Positions 1 to 10,006 of a stretch of DNA of 40,786 bases are shown here, one piece after another; within the stretch, counting starts at the first letter, position 1, and each line of letters opens with the position of its first letter. This DNA comes from Octopus sinensis (Eukaryota). Below the pieces are notes generated by a model. It saw nothing but the letters and a program-made list of their open reading frames with translations, had not been told where the DNA came from and searched no databases. The stretch covers positions 1-40,786 of the forward strand of contig NW_021835329.1 in assembly GCF_006345805.1 (NCBI RefSeq). The letters run 5' to 3'. The position numbers were made by a program, and so were the translations under genes.

Positions 1-75
1 TCCATCTCCTGAGCGCCTATTAATAATAATCTGTAATTGTCCATTGTTGTTGTTTTTTTGTTTCCCGTTTGGATT

Positions 76-80
<5 letters not shown>
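1..80 (+). mobile_element. 3' end of a Penelope-like pseudo-LTR (relative of the 15653/22302 family), truncated by the window start
   Basis: CCTGAGCG..AATAATA..TTGT..GTTGTTGTTTTTTT..GTTTGGATTAA followed by (TA)n resembles the reverse complement of 15653-15750, which ends ...CCTGAGCGTCAAATAATAC...GTTTGGATTAACTTTATATA. Confidence 0.55.

Positions 81-128
<48 letters not shown>
81..128. repeat. (TA)n microsatellite
   Basis: Pure TA run, seen directly. Confidence 0.98.
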
Positions 129-130
<2 letters not shown>

Positions 131-232
131 GAGTAAAAAACATAAATGTGAAACAAGGCGGAAAAAAGAGTACTCAAATACCAGTGGTAGAGTAATATCC
201 TTTATTTTAAGCAGCAGAAAATTCAACAAAAT

Positions 233-270
233 CTGTTACTCTGAGTTTCTCGTTGCCGTTCATCAGACAG
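233..270 (-). ncRNA. Minimal type I hammerhead ribozyme (HHR1)
   Basis: Minus strand: CUGU-CUGAUGA-A-CG(GCAA)CG-A-GAAA-CUCAGAG-U-A-ACAG. Stem I CUGU/ACAG, canonical core, GNRA-capped helix II, near-palindromic helix III (ACUCAGAGU), GUA cleavage triplet. Confidence 0.88.
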
Positions 271-1358
271 TTTTTGCTAGAATGGAACTGATATATCAAT
301 TCAATCTATACTCTTACAAACGCTACACCTTTAAAAGAAATGGACTTGTTTGATTGGCCCTTTAGAAAAAAACGGTCAATCTTCGAGCGATAAACAAAAA
401 GGTCAAAAATATATGTATATATATATAAAAACTTATAAAAATTATAAAATCCGAGGAAAAAACCTATTGACGTTAATGAAGACAGTGCAAATTAATGCAT
501 AGAAATTAAACTGTATAAATACTGCAATACATATTTATATTAAAATCTACATATATATATCAACATACACAAAAGGATGCGCGTAAACGCCATACATACA
601 TATACAGACGTATGAATATAAATCTAAATATACACATAAAAGCATGTGTACATATATTCACGCAAACCGTCTCGCACGCAAGCTAAAATTCATCTATGTA
701 GCAATTCTCATATACTGAGCAAGGAGGGGGAACGAAAGAAAGGGAGAGAGAGGGAAAAGGAACGAAGGAGGGGTGGGGAAAAACGAAATAAGAAAAAATT
801 ATGTATACAAGCAGTGTAACGGTGTTATTGGCATATATAGAGACCAGTATACATACACAAGTTTGAATAGATACATATACATACCGTCGTGTATATGTGT
901 GCTTAAGCACAACATACTTTCACTTACACATACACAGATACGCATGCTTACAAATACATATGCTTTGCTATACACATACTTATATAAACATTCTAATTTT
1001 GACAACATTGCTTTTTTAAAAAACATTGCTTTTAAAAAATGGGTGCATTAATAAAAAATATACGAAAGACATATAAAATAAAATATAACATCCTATTTTG
1101 GGTCATTTATAAATAATCAAGGTAATATAAATAATCAAGGCAATCCTATGCAATACAATAACATGAAAACAAATTTGTAGGTTTTTCCTAATATATATGT
1201 AGAAACATAAGACTTTGCTATACGGATTAAGATCCGCATAGCTTGGAAACAAAAACAAAAACAAAAACAAAAACAAAATCAAAATCAAAATCCATCGTAG
1301 CGCTCATCGTTCAAGAGTCAAAATCAAAATCAAAAATCAAAAATACAAAATATATACT

Positions 1359-2957
1359 CTATCCATATGGTATATTTATATTCGACATTTTAAATTTAGC
1401 CGCGTGCCTACATAAGTTCATTAGCTCACTTCTTTGATTCAAAGAATTATTGTCTTTGAATAAGATGTACATTTTTTCTAATAGACAAAGTCTGCACTTG
1501 AAATTATTTTTGTAAGCTCCATGCCTGTATGGTGCCGCCCTGTCCAGAATGCTCCATGTCACGTTGAAAGGTGGGGCTTCCTTTCTTTTAGTTCCCAGAC
1601 ATATTTTGCTTGGGGTTTTCTTCCTATTCTCTGGGTATTTAAATGAATTTTTATGAGAATAAAATCTTGTTTTAAATGAATTTTCTGAAGCCCTGTGTAT
1701 GTCTTGTATTCCGATGAGCCTTCCACTTGCACCTTGGCTCTATAAACTACTCCTTTCACTAGACATTTCCCTTCTAACGGACAGGAGCTTTCGTTTTTGC
1801 AATTACATTTCTTAATGGGCTCGGCACCATGTCTAATCTCAATTAGCTTCCTATTATGTTGGCTAATGTAAGAGGCGAAATTTCTGCAACAAGAATAGCT
1901 AACCTTCAGGGTTCTTCTATTAAATATTCTATAGAATTTATGACCCTGCTTAAAATGCTTAGAGACTAATCTCAAAAATTCCTTACCTATATTAGTCTTT
2001 ACGGCCAAATTGAAAGCCGGGTTGAACCACAAAACTTTCCTGGTCCTAGTTCTTCGTGCAGCATTATTATCAGCATTAAGCTGGTTGAACTGGATCTTCT
2101 CAGAGAATCCACTATTCTTTAATGCGCTATCGTAATAAGGTGCTGCATTATGGAATACTGCCTCGTCCGAAGAAATTGAAGATATTCTTCTACCTACATT
2201 GCTGACTAAGTTCCTAAGGATAACTGGTGGATGGTTCGAATCTTTGCTAATATACGATAGCTTTTCATTGGGCTTACTGAAAGGTTTAAATCTATCCGAT
2301 CTTACATTAAAATTTACGTCTAAAAAATCTACACTATTCAGGTTAGCATCTATCGTAACCCGTAAGCCCATCCTTTGAAAGAAAGCTATAAGGTCCTTCC
2401 TAAGTCTATCTGATTCATGGCCGTTTAGATTATGCGTGGCTATAAGGCCGTCATCCCTATATAAACCTGCATCTATAAATGGGAATTCTATTTTTAGATT
2501 ATGGAGAATAAAGGCTCCTATGAGCATACATAATTCAGCCCCGTCGTATGCCCCATCGGTACATCGAAAAGAGAATCCTCAGTTTTTAATCCAGGTGGAA
2601 TCCTCGAAAAAAAGAAGCGATTCCTCGCATGCATAATAATTCAATTTCCGAGCTATCGATGTTGACATACTGCTTGGCGAAGTCCAATGCCCTTAGGAGC
2701 AACGTCCTAGATATTGACGGGTAAAAGTCAATAATGTCGAATTGTGTGAACTACAATTATTCTTATAGCTAATACCTTTAAACCACTCTATAACTGACTT
2801 ACGATTCTTCCAAATTCTCAAGTCTACTTCACTATCTAACTTAACTAAAATACGGTCCAAAATATTTTTGCTAATAATTCCTATCTCAGTTTTAGCCGGA
2901 TTTATCAATCTACATTTGGGGTTTCTACTAAAATTGGCTTTATGGTCTTTCAGAGTA
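1359..2957 (-). pseudogene. PLE reverse transcriptase plus GIY-YIG endonuclease, frameshifted
   Basis: ORFs 2693-2992, 1559-2527 and 1359-1562: ITLKDHK..CRLINPAK, GAYDGAELC, GLYRDDGL (RT catalytic), VSYSC, CNCKNESSCPLEGKCLVKGVVY..YTG (Cys linker plus GIY-YIG), WSILDRAAPY..CRLCLLEK..LNQRSEL..CRH. Confidence 0.92.
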
Positions 2958-3060
2958 ATAAGATACCCGCTTTTGGTTAAACTGCACCACAAAATGTGGG
3001 AGTAGTTAGGAATCTAAATCGTAGGAGACAGACACACAACTTCAGTTTTATATATAAAGA
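2958..3060 (-). mobile_element. 5' fragment of non-autonomous Helitron family A
   Basis: Reverse complement starts A|TCTTTATATATAAAACTGAAGTTGTGTGTCTGTCTCCTACG and matches the first ~100 nt of the complete copy at 6535-6925. The first ~10 aa of ORF 2693-2992 come from this fragment. Confidence 0.85.
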
Positions 3061-3172
3061 TATAAGCCACGTAGTTATATACACATACTTTGTTATATAC
3101 ACATTCTTAAAAGAAAATGTTATTTTGAACACAACATTTATAAAGAATAAAATATTTTTTGGTTTTTCTTAA

Positions 3173-3832
3173 CCCTTTCGTTACTATATTTCTGACCAAA
3201 ATACACCCCTTATGTGTTTCAATTATTTTCTAACGTAATCATAAATTTAGTCTGGTTTCATTAAACAACAATAACTTTTTTATTTATCAATATGTTAACA
3301 TGAATTTTGGAAGATAATTTAATGAAATGTTCTCAACCAATTCTATACTGTAATTTTTGTCACAAAGTGACTCTAATTGCGGGTAGATACAGGTAAATTC
3401 AACAATATATTAAATTATTAAAATTTTGTTCAAACATCGCTATAGAAAATGGGTTATTAGCTAATATTCAATTGGGTATACAACAAAATTTTACGATAGA
3501 ATTTGTTATTCTGGGTAACTTTCTGATACCCATAATAATATTTATGGCAAAATAGGCCTTAATTTCATTTAAGGTTGTGGGAAATAACAAACTATCCTTT
3601 CTTTCGCTTTGTTTACGTTTAGCGTAACGGTTCGTTTCCGCCGTAATGATTTCAAATAGGCTCATTCGAAAAAGTAAATAGAAATAGTCTAAGGCTTTAC
3701 TCTTCTGGGAAAGTCTGTGGCTTGGTCCAGTTTCTTCAGAAAAATCACCGAAAGAAACAGTTTTTAAATTTTCACTCCATTCAGGTGCCAATTCATTTTC
3801 TTTATCGCTGTCGGATTCACTGTTTTCACTTT
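3173..3832 (-). mobile_element. piggyBac-type DNA transposon, right-end half, internally deleted
   Basis: TTAA at 3169-3172 followed by CCCTTTCGTTAC; the same 12-mer follows TTAA at 6206-6209. Carries the transposase fragment at 3468-3830. Confidence 0.8.
3468..3830 (-). pseudogene. piggyBac transposase N-terminal fragment (DDE_Tnp_1_7-like)
   Basis: SENSESDSDKENELAPEWSE..ALDYFYLLF..FEIITAETNRYA..PTTLNEIKAYFAINIIMGIRKLPR, the typical start of the PGBD/piggyBac core domain. Confidence 0.8.
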
Positions 3833-4147
3833 AATCGTTGCACACTTGCAAAGAGAAAGGAGAAATTAGGGTGATAGCGTCAGTGAAACAGTTTGCTCCG
3901 TTTGTGTGTGTGTGCGTCTGCGTGTGCTGTAGCCCACACTAAGAAAAGCATTTGACATACACACCACAATGTGAGTTTTCTCTAAATTTTGCTTAATTGG
4001 GGTTGAAATTTTAAAAACTGGACCTGGCACGACCCGATGCATTCTACTCTTAAAAATGCTAGGTAAATTGTAATTGAAGAAATCCTATATTGTAGATTTC
4101 TATAAGAGACAAAGGGAGGCAGATAAAATCTGCCTTTTATAATAAGA
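3820..4147 (-). mobile_element. 5' portion of non-autonomous Helitron-like family B (copy 1)
   Basis: Minus strand starts TCTTATTATAAAAGGCAG next to a TA array; inverted homolog of 5275-5600 over ~320 nt. Confidence 0.65.
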
Positions 4148-4149
4148 GA

Positions 4150-4454
4150 TATAGATATATTATATATGTATAGATATAGAGATATATATATATAGATATA
4201 TATATAGATATATAGATATATATATAGATATAATATATATATATATATTTAGATATATATATATATATATATAATATATATATATATAGATATGTAGATA
4301 TATATATATATATATATATATGATATGTAGATATATATTATATATAGATATATATATAATATATATAGATATATATAATATAGATATATAAGATATATAT
4401 ATATATATTATATATATATAATATATATATATATATATAATATATAATATATAT
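4150..4454. repeat. (TA)n/(TAGA)n microsatellite array
   Basis: Seen directly. Confidence 0.97.
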
Positions 4455-4619
4455 AAACAAGTCAAATTGCGATAAATAAAATTAATCATTATCGCTGGTA
4501 TTCTAGCACAAGCCATATATTATTCATATATCAGTACATTAAGGCGAAATATGTGCTAGAAACACAGAAGCTAGATAAATTTAGTGAAATGAAAATAAAA
4601 ATATTTACTAACTCGGTTC

Positions 4620-4693
4620 CTCTTAGACTGCAGTTTCGTTCTTTTCAGTAATAAAGATAATTTATTTGCTCAGGGAGAATTCATCGGTAAGAG
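4620..4693 (-). ncRNA. Type I hammerhead ribozyme, U4C core variant (unit 1)
   Basis: CUCUUA-CCGAUGA-[A UUCU..AAUAAA uuauc UUUAUU..AGAA C]-GAAA-CUGCAG-U-C-UAAGAG. Perfect 6-bp stem I, palindromic helix III ACUGCAGU, GUC site. Confidence 0.88.
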
Positions 4694-5017
4694 CCCATGT
4701 TGTTCTGAGATCCTAACTCACTAGAAGCATGTGCTTCTAATGATTTGCTTTCTCTAACTAATCAGATCACTGCGCAGACTCAGAACGTCCCGACAAAACT
4801 AGGGATTTCTGGTATATTGTCTAACGCTCAAAATTTATCGAGAAATATGTAAACCAGTCAAATTGCGATAAAATAAAATTAATCATTATCGCTGGTATTT
4901 CTAGCACAAGCCATATATTATTTATATATCAGTACATTAAGGCGAAATATGTGCTAGAAACACAGAAGCTAGATAAATTTAGTGAAATGAAAATAAAAAC
5001 ATTTACTAGCTCGGTTC

Positions 5018-5091
5018 CTCTTAGATTGCAGTTTCGTTCTTTTCAGCAATAAAGATAATTTATTTGCTCAGGGAGAATTCATCGGTAAGAG
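5018..5091 (-). ncRNA. Type I hammerhead ribozyme, U4C core variant (unit 2)
   Basis: Same fold as 4620-4693; helix III reads ACUGCAAU (one substitution), AUC site. Confidence 0.82.
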
Positions 5092-5175
5092 CCCTGTTGT
5101 TCTGAGATCCTAACTCACTAGAAGCATGTGCTTCTAATGATTTGCTCTCTCTAACTAATCAGATCACTGCGCAGA

Positions 5176-5227
<52 letters not shown>

Positions 5228-5274
5228 ATTAATATATATTATATATATAATATATATAATATAATATATATATA

Positions 5275-6060
5275 TCTTATTATAAAAGGCAGATTTATCT
5301 GCCTCCCTTTGTCAGTTATAGAAATCTACAATATAGGAATTCTTCAATTACAATTTACCTAGCATTTTAAAGAGTAGAATGCATCGGGTCATGCCTGGTC
5401 CAGTTTTTAAAATTTCAACCCCAATTAAGCAAAATTTACAGAAAACTCACATTGTGGTGTATGAGTCAAATGCTTCTCTTAATGTGGGCTACAGCACTCG
5501 CACACACACACACACACACAAAGGGAGCGATCTCATTCACTCATGCTATCACTCATTTCTACGACTTTCTCTTTGCAAGTTTGCAGCGATTAAAGTGAAA
5601 CTAATTCGATAAAGCGAGAGAAGTGTACCTTAAACCACTACTAAAAAAAAAACAGCAAACAGAAACAAATAAATACATAAAGATTTACTCCTCACACAAT
5701 TTCTTCAATTAGAGTGTACCCATGATTTTTCAGAGTACTTCCAGTGGGTGATGCCATAAAAAATTTCTTTCAATTTTACCACCAATTAAGACAAAATTCG
5801 AGAAAACTCAATATTTTAACATTTCACTCCGAAAGCATTGATGTACATGTGTGCGTGCGTGAGTGTGTGTGTGTCATTCCTCACACACACGCATACACAC
5901 ATATATGAGAGTGGCAAACACAAACGTTTCAAACAACTACATACAAACACGTGTGTGTTTGTTATTAGTAAAAAAGGCGCCAAAACACAACTCACTTATC
6001 ATTCCAACACATTTGCAAAGACACACGGACGGTCGAATTGCTATAACAATACAAAAAAGG
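5275..6060 (+). mobile_element. Non-autonomous Helitron-like family B (copy 2); 3' boundary uncertain
   Basis: A|TCTTATTATAAAAGGCAGATTTATCTGCCT start. Internal sub-repeat CCAATTAAG(A)CAAAATT..GAAAACTCA at ~5422 and ~5781. No CTRR 3' end recognised. Confidence 0.55.
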
Positions 6061-6209
6061 TAAATTGGTTTTTATTTTACTCTGTATATATTTTATTATA
6101 TAATATTATATATAGATATATGTATATATAATTGTAGTATGAAACAGTGTTTATGTATAAACAGACGACACTTATATATAGTTATTAATAAATGTATGCA
6201 TCCGTTTAA

Positions 6210-6534
6210 CCCTTTCGTTACCAAACCGCTCGAATTTACGTATTCATATTTAAATGAGAATATCAGAGTAAATCTCTTTAGTACATTCGTGAAAACACGT
6301 ATTATACTTCGTAAACACTTCAACTACAGTTTTGTACAAAAATCGAAGTGTAATTTTAATTCCGTGAATTTTGAGAGATTTTTTTCCGAAATTTGTTCCT
6401 ATTTTGTTTTCAAAATTTGTAATTCTGACAAAAAATGGATACGAATTTCATTATATCAAGCAGCGAGTCAGAATTCGAAGGACTTTCTACTGAAGACCTT
6501 CATAAATCTAACTCTATGACTGAAAAAGAAAGCA
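6210..6534 (+). mobile_element. piggyBac-type DNA transposon, left-end half with transposase start, cut by a Helitron
   Basis: TTAA|CCCTTTCGTTAC. ATG at 6435 reads MDTNFIISSSESEFEGLSTEDLHKSNSMTEKES (acidic SESEFEG N-terminus typical of piggyBac transposases) up to the Helitron at 6535. Confidence 0.72.
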
Positions 6535-6925
6535 TCTTTATATAAGAGTGAAGTTGTGTGTCTGTCTCCTACGATTTAGATTCGTAACTACTCCCACATT
6601 TTGCGGTGCAGTTTAACCAAAAGCGGTATCTTATAGTCGTGATTCATATCGAGCCCTTCTGGGTATTAGCGGGCGTCTACGATGAGTCTACGATTTAAAA
6701 AAATTTACCATCATATTTTTTCCATTTTAATGCAATTTTTCGCTTTTATATAAGGGAAGTAACTCTCTAAAAATATCTACGATGTGTCAACGATTAAAAA
6801 AAAATTTACGTTAATTTTTTTCAATTTTTAATGCATTTTTTGCTACTTTTTGGCTATAACTCTCTAAAAATGCTTATATAGTTATTTCCCTTACAAACCC
6901 GAGCAACGCCGGGCGATACTGCTTG
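6535..6925 (+). mobile_element. Complete non-autonomous Helitron, family A (391 bp)
   Basis: Inserted between A and T. 5' TC terminus; 3' hairpin CCCG-AGCAACGC-CGGG at 6898-6913; terminal CTTG (CTAG with one change); internal ~100-bp tandem duplication (~6677-6875). Confidence 0.85.
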
Positions 6926-6985
6926 TAGATATATATATATATAGATATATATATATATATATATATAATATTATATATGTGTGTG

Positions 6986-7019
<34 letters not shown>

Positions 7020-7113
7020 TATATATATGTGTATATATATATATTATATATATATATATGTATGTATATAATATATATATGTATGTATATATGTATGTAT
7101 ATATATATATATG

Positions 7114-7159
<46 letters not shown>

Positions 7160-7499
7160 CATATATAGATATAGATATAGATATAGATATAATATATAGA
7201 TATATATATAGATATATATATATAGATATAGATATATATATAGATATATATATATAGATATAGATATATATATAGATATAGATATAGATATATATATAGA
7301 TATATATATAGATATAGATATAGATATATATAGAGATATATAGATATATATATATAGATATAGATATATATAGATATATATATATATAGATATATATAGA
7401 TATATATATATATATAGATATAGATATATAGATATAGATATATATATATAGATATATAGATATAGATATATATATAGATATAGATATATATATAGATAT

Positions 7500-7598
<99 letters not shown>

Positions 7599-7638
7599 TA
7601 ATATATACATATATATATATATTATATATTATATATAT

Positions 7639-7677
<39 letters not shown>

Positions 7678-7697
7678 AGATATATAGATATATATAT
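6926..7697. repeat. (TA)n/(TG)n/(TAGA)n microsatellite array
   Basis: Seen directly. Confidence 0.97.
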
Positions 7698-7997
7698 TTA
7701 GTGAAGGGAAGAAATGGAGCTGAACGAAGATTCTACAAAATTCCTTTTTATTATTTTCTACACATGTTTCAAAGGCTGCAAATTCCCAAATTCAGATTGA
7801 ATAAGGAGACCGTTTTGCAGCTTTCTCTTCAGGAAAATCCAGGATATTTAAATCTCCAAACAAATGCGCAGCAAGCTTTTCGAACAAAACGCTCCCTAGG
7901 AGCCCATGGTATTAATGGCACAAAACTGTCTCTCAATATGCGTTGACGTCAGTGTGGGTGAAGGCCGACGAAAAATCCGTTTGAATAAATCGAGGTC

Positions 7998-8251
7998 AAA
8001 CTGCGGTTAAATTTGGTAGGGGAAAAATTACAGAAAACCAAAGAGTGTGAATATATTCTGTATAACTAGTGTTAATGTTCGAATTGTTTTAAGAATGAAG
8101 GCTATCTTATTTGGGTGTGAGAAAAAACTGCGGTTAAATTTGGTAGGGGAAAAATTACAGAAAACCAAAGAGTGTGAATATATTCTGTATAACTAGTGTT
8201 AATGTTCGAATTGTTTTAAGAATGAAGGCTATCTTATTTGGGTGTGAGAAA
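7998..8251. repeat. 127-bp tandem duplication
   Basis: AAACTGCGGTTAAATTTGG...GGGTGTGAGAAA occurs at 7998-8124 and 8125-8251, apparently identical. Confidence 0.95.
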
Positions 8252-8541
8252 CTTCCTACATGTATGTGTGTGTGCGCCTAGGAAGCAGCTAGAGAGAAAA
8301 TATATTGTAGATATTGTTGGTCAAGCGGCTGATAAAAGCCTGTGTCTGTGTGTTCGTCTGTGACAAGTTTATATACAGATGACTTGTCAAACAAGAGGAG
8401 TGTAATCCCTGATATTGTTTCTAAATAAGTAGCAGATCATACGCTAAAAGGGGAGTAATTTCCCCTTTCAAATTTAATTCAAAATTTTTTCCAAATTTTT
8501 TCCAAAAATTTTTTTCTTTTCTTAGGACATCAAGGTGTTAA

Positions 8542-8930
8542 TTATCTTAGGCTACAATTGTATGCAAGAAATGTATGCCGCCTCCAGTGGGGACATCTAA
8601 AAGAGTTTTGCAAAATCGCGTTAACTAGCTGCCCTCGGGCGAACAAAATGTGAAAAAGTTCAGAGTTGCAGAGATTACAGATTCTTTTGCCTCTATCAAA
8701 CGGTACAGACACCGATAAAATCGACCATACCAGTCTAACTGCTGAATTCGCGTTCTTCAAACGCCAGATTAATTTACTTAGTCCGGTCGGGTGTTGTTTT
8801 CTAAAATCGCGAAATGTTGTGAAGTGGTTCGATATTCTCACGGCCAATTTTGATGATGACGCTCCGATATACAAGTAGACATCAGATTCAGTATAAACTC
8901 TGCATTGGTAAATGGCATTTCTAATCTTGG
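8542..8930 (-). pseudogene. PLE GIY-YIG endonuclease domain fragment
   Basis: NAIYQCRV / SDVYLYIGASSSKLAVRISNHFTTF..TGLSKLIWRLK..WSILS..CNLCNSE..CPH; frameshift near 8885. Confidence 0.85.
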
Positions 8931-8997
8931 AATTACTAGATAAGAACTTATCCTATGGGATTGGCTTCCGATATTAATACGGGTTCTTATTACTATG

Positions 8998-9016
8998 AAT
9001 ATATATATATATATAC

Positions 9017-9060
<44 letters not shown>

Positions 9061-9117
9061 TATATATATATTATATATATATAGATATGATAGATAGATA
9101 TAGATTATATATATATA

Positions 9118-9162
<45 letters not shown>

Positions 9163-9218
9163 TATAAATAGATAGATAGATATATAGAATAGATAGATAT
9201 AGATATATAGATATAGAT

Positions 9219-9251
<33 letters not shown>

Positions 9252-9272
9252 TATAGATAGATAGATAGATAT

Positions 9273-9316
<44 letters not shown>

Positions 9317-9447
9317 TATGTATATATAGATAGATAAATAGATATATATAGATATATATATATATATAGATATATATATAGATATATATATATATTTATA
9401 TATAGATATAGATATATATATATATATATTTATATATATTATATATT

Positions 9448-9517
<70 letters not shown>

Positions 9518-9920
9518 ATATAATATATATAGATATATTAGATATATAGATATATATATATAGATATAGATATATAGATTATAGATATAGATATATATGT
9601 AGATATTAGATATATATAGATATATATATATATAGATATATATATAGATATAGATATATATATATATATATATATATAGATATATAATATAGATATATAA
9701 TATATATATAGAGAGATATAATATATATATAGATATTATAGAATATATAGATTATAGATTATATATATATATAATATAGAGATATATAGATATATATATA
9801 GATATATATATAGATATATATTATATATAGATATATATATAGATATATATATATAAAGATATATATATATAGATATAGATATATATATATATATCTAAAT
9901 ATAAATATATATATATATAT
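8998..9920. repeat. (TA)n/(TAGA)n microsatellite array
   Basis: Seen directly. Confidence 0.97.
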
Positions 9921-10006
9921 AACTTAGAATAACTTAGAAAGGTTTTGGCCAATATTGGCCCAGGCCATGTCTAACTTAATAGCACCACCTGGCGAAGTCT
10001 TTCAAT

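Larger units (their letters stand above)
129..2957 (-). mobile_element. Penelope-like retroelement copy 1 (RT plus C-terminal GIY-YIG, 3' UTR/pLTR with hammerhead); 5' end replaced by a Helitron fragment
   Basis: PLE-type RT and GIY-YIG ORF pieces at 1359-2957; HHR at 233-270; 3' end abuts (TA)n at 128. Confidence 0.9.
4455..5178 (-). mobile_element. ORF-less tandem (~1.8 copies, ~397-bp unit) hammerhead-containing repeat; retrozyme-like or PLE pLTR-only element
   Basis: 4455-4850 is repeated at 4851-5178 with few differences; one HHR per unit; (TA)n on both sides. Confidence 0.85.
7698..8997 (-). mobile_element. 5'-truncated Penelope-like element copy 2 (GIY-YIG plus 3' UTR)
   Basis: GIY-YIG ORF at 8542-8930; flanked by (TA)n on both sides. 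The left boundary is inferred from the microsatellite edge. Confidence 0.7.

Noticed and set aside
4634-4650. Alternative ultra-minimal HHR reading CUGAAAA-GAAC-GAAA
   Set aside because: Superseded by the better fold using CCGAUGA (4681-4687) with a perfect 6-bp stem I.
7804-7840. Hammerhead-like remnant on the minus strand (CUGAAGA..AAAA-CGG-UC) in PLE copy 2
   Set aside because: GAAA, the helix III palindrome and stem I are all imperfect; it may be a decayed HHR but cannot be supported.
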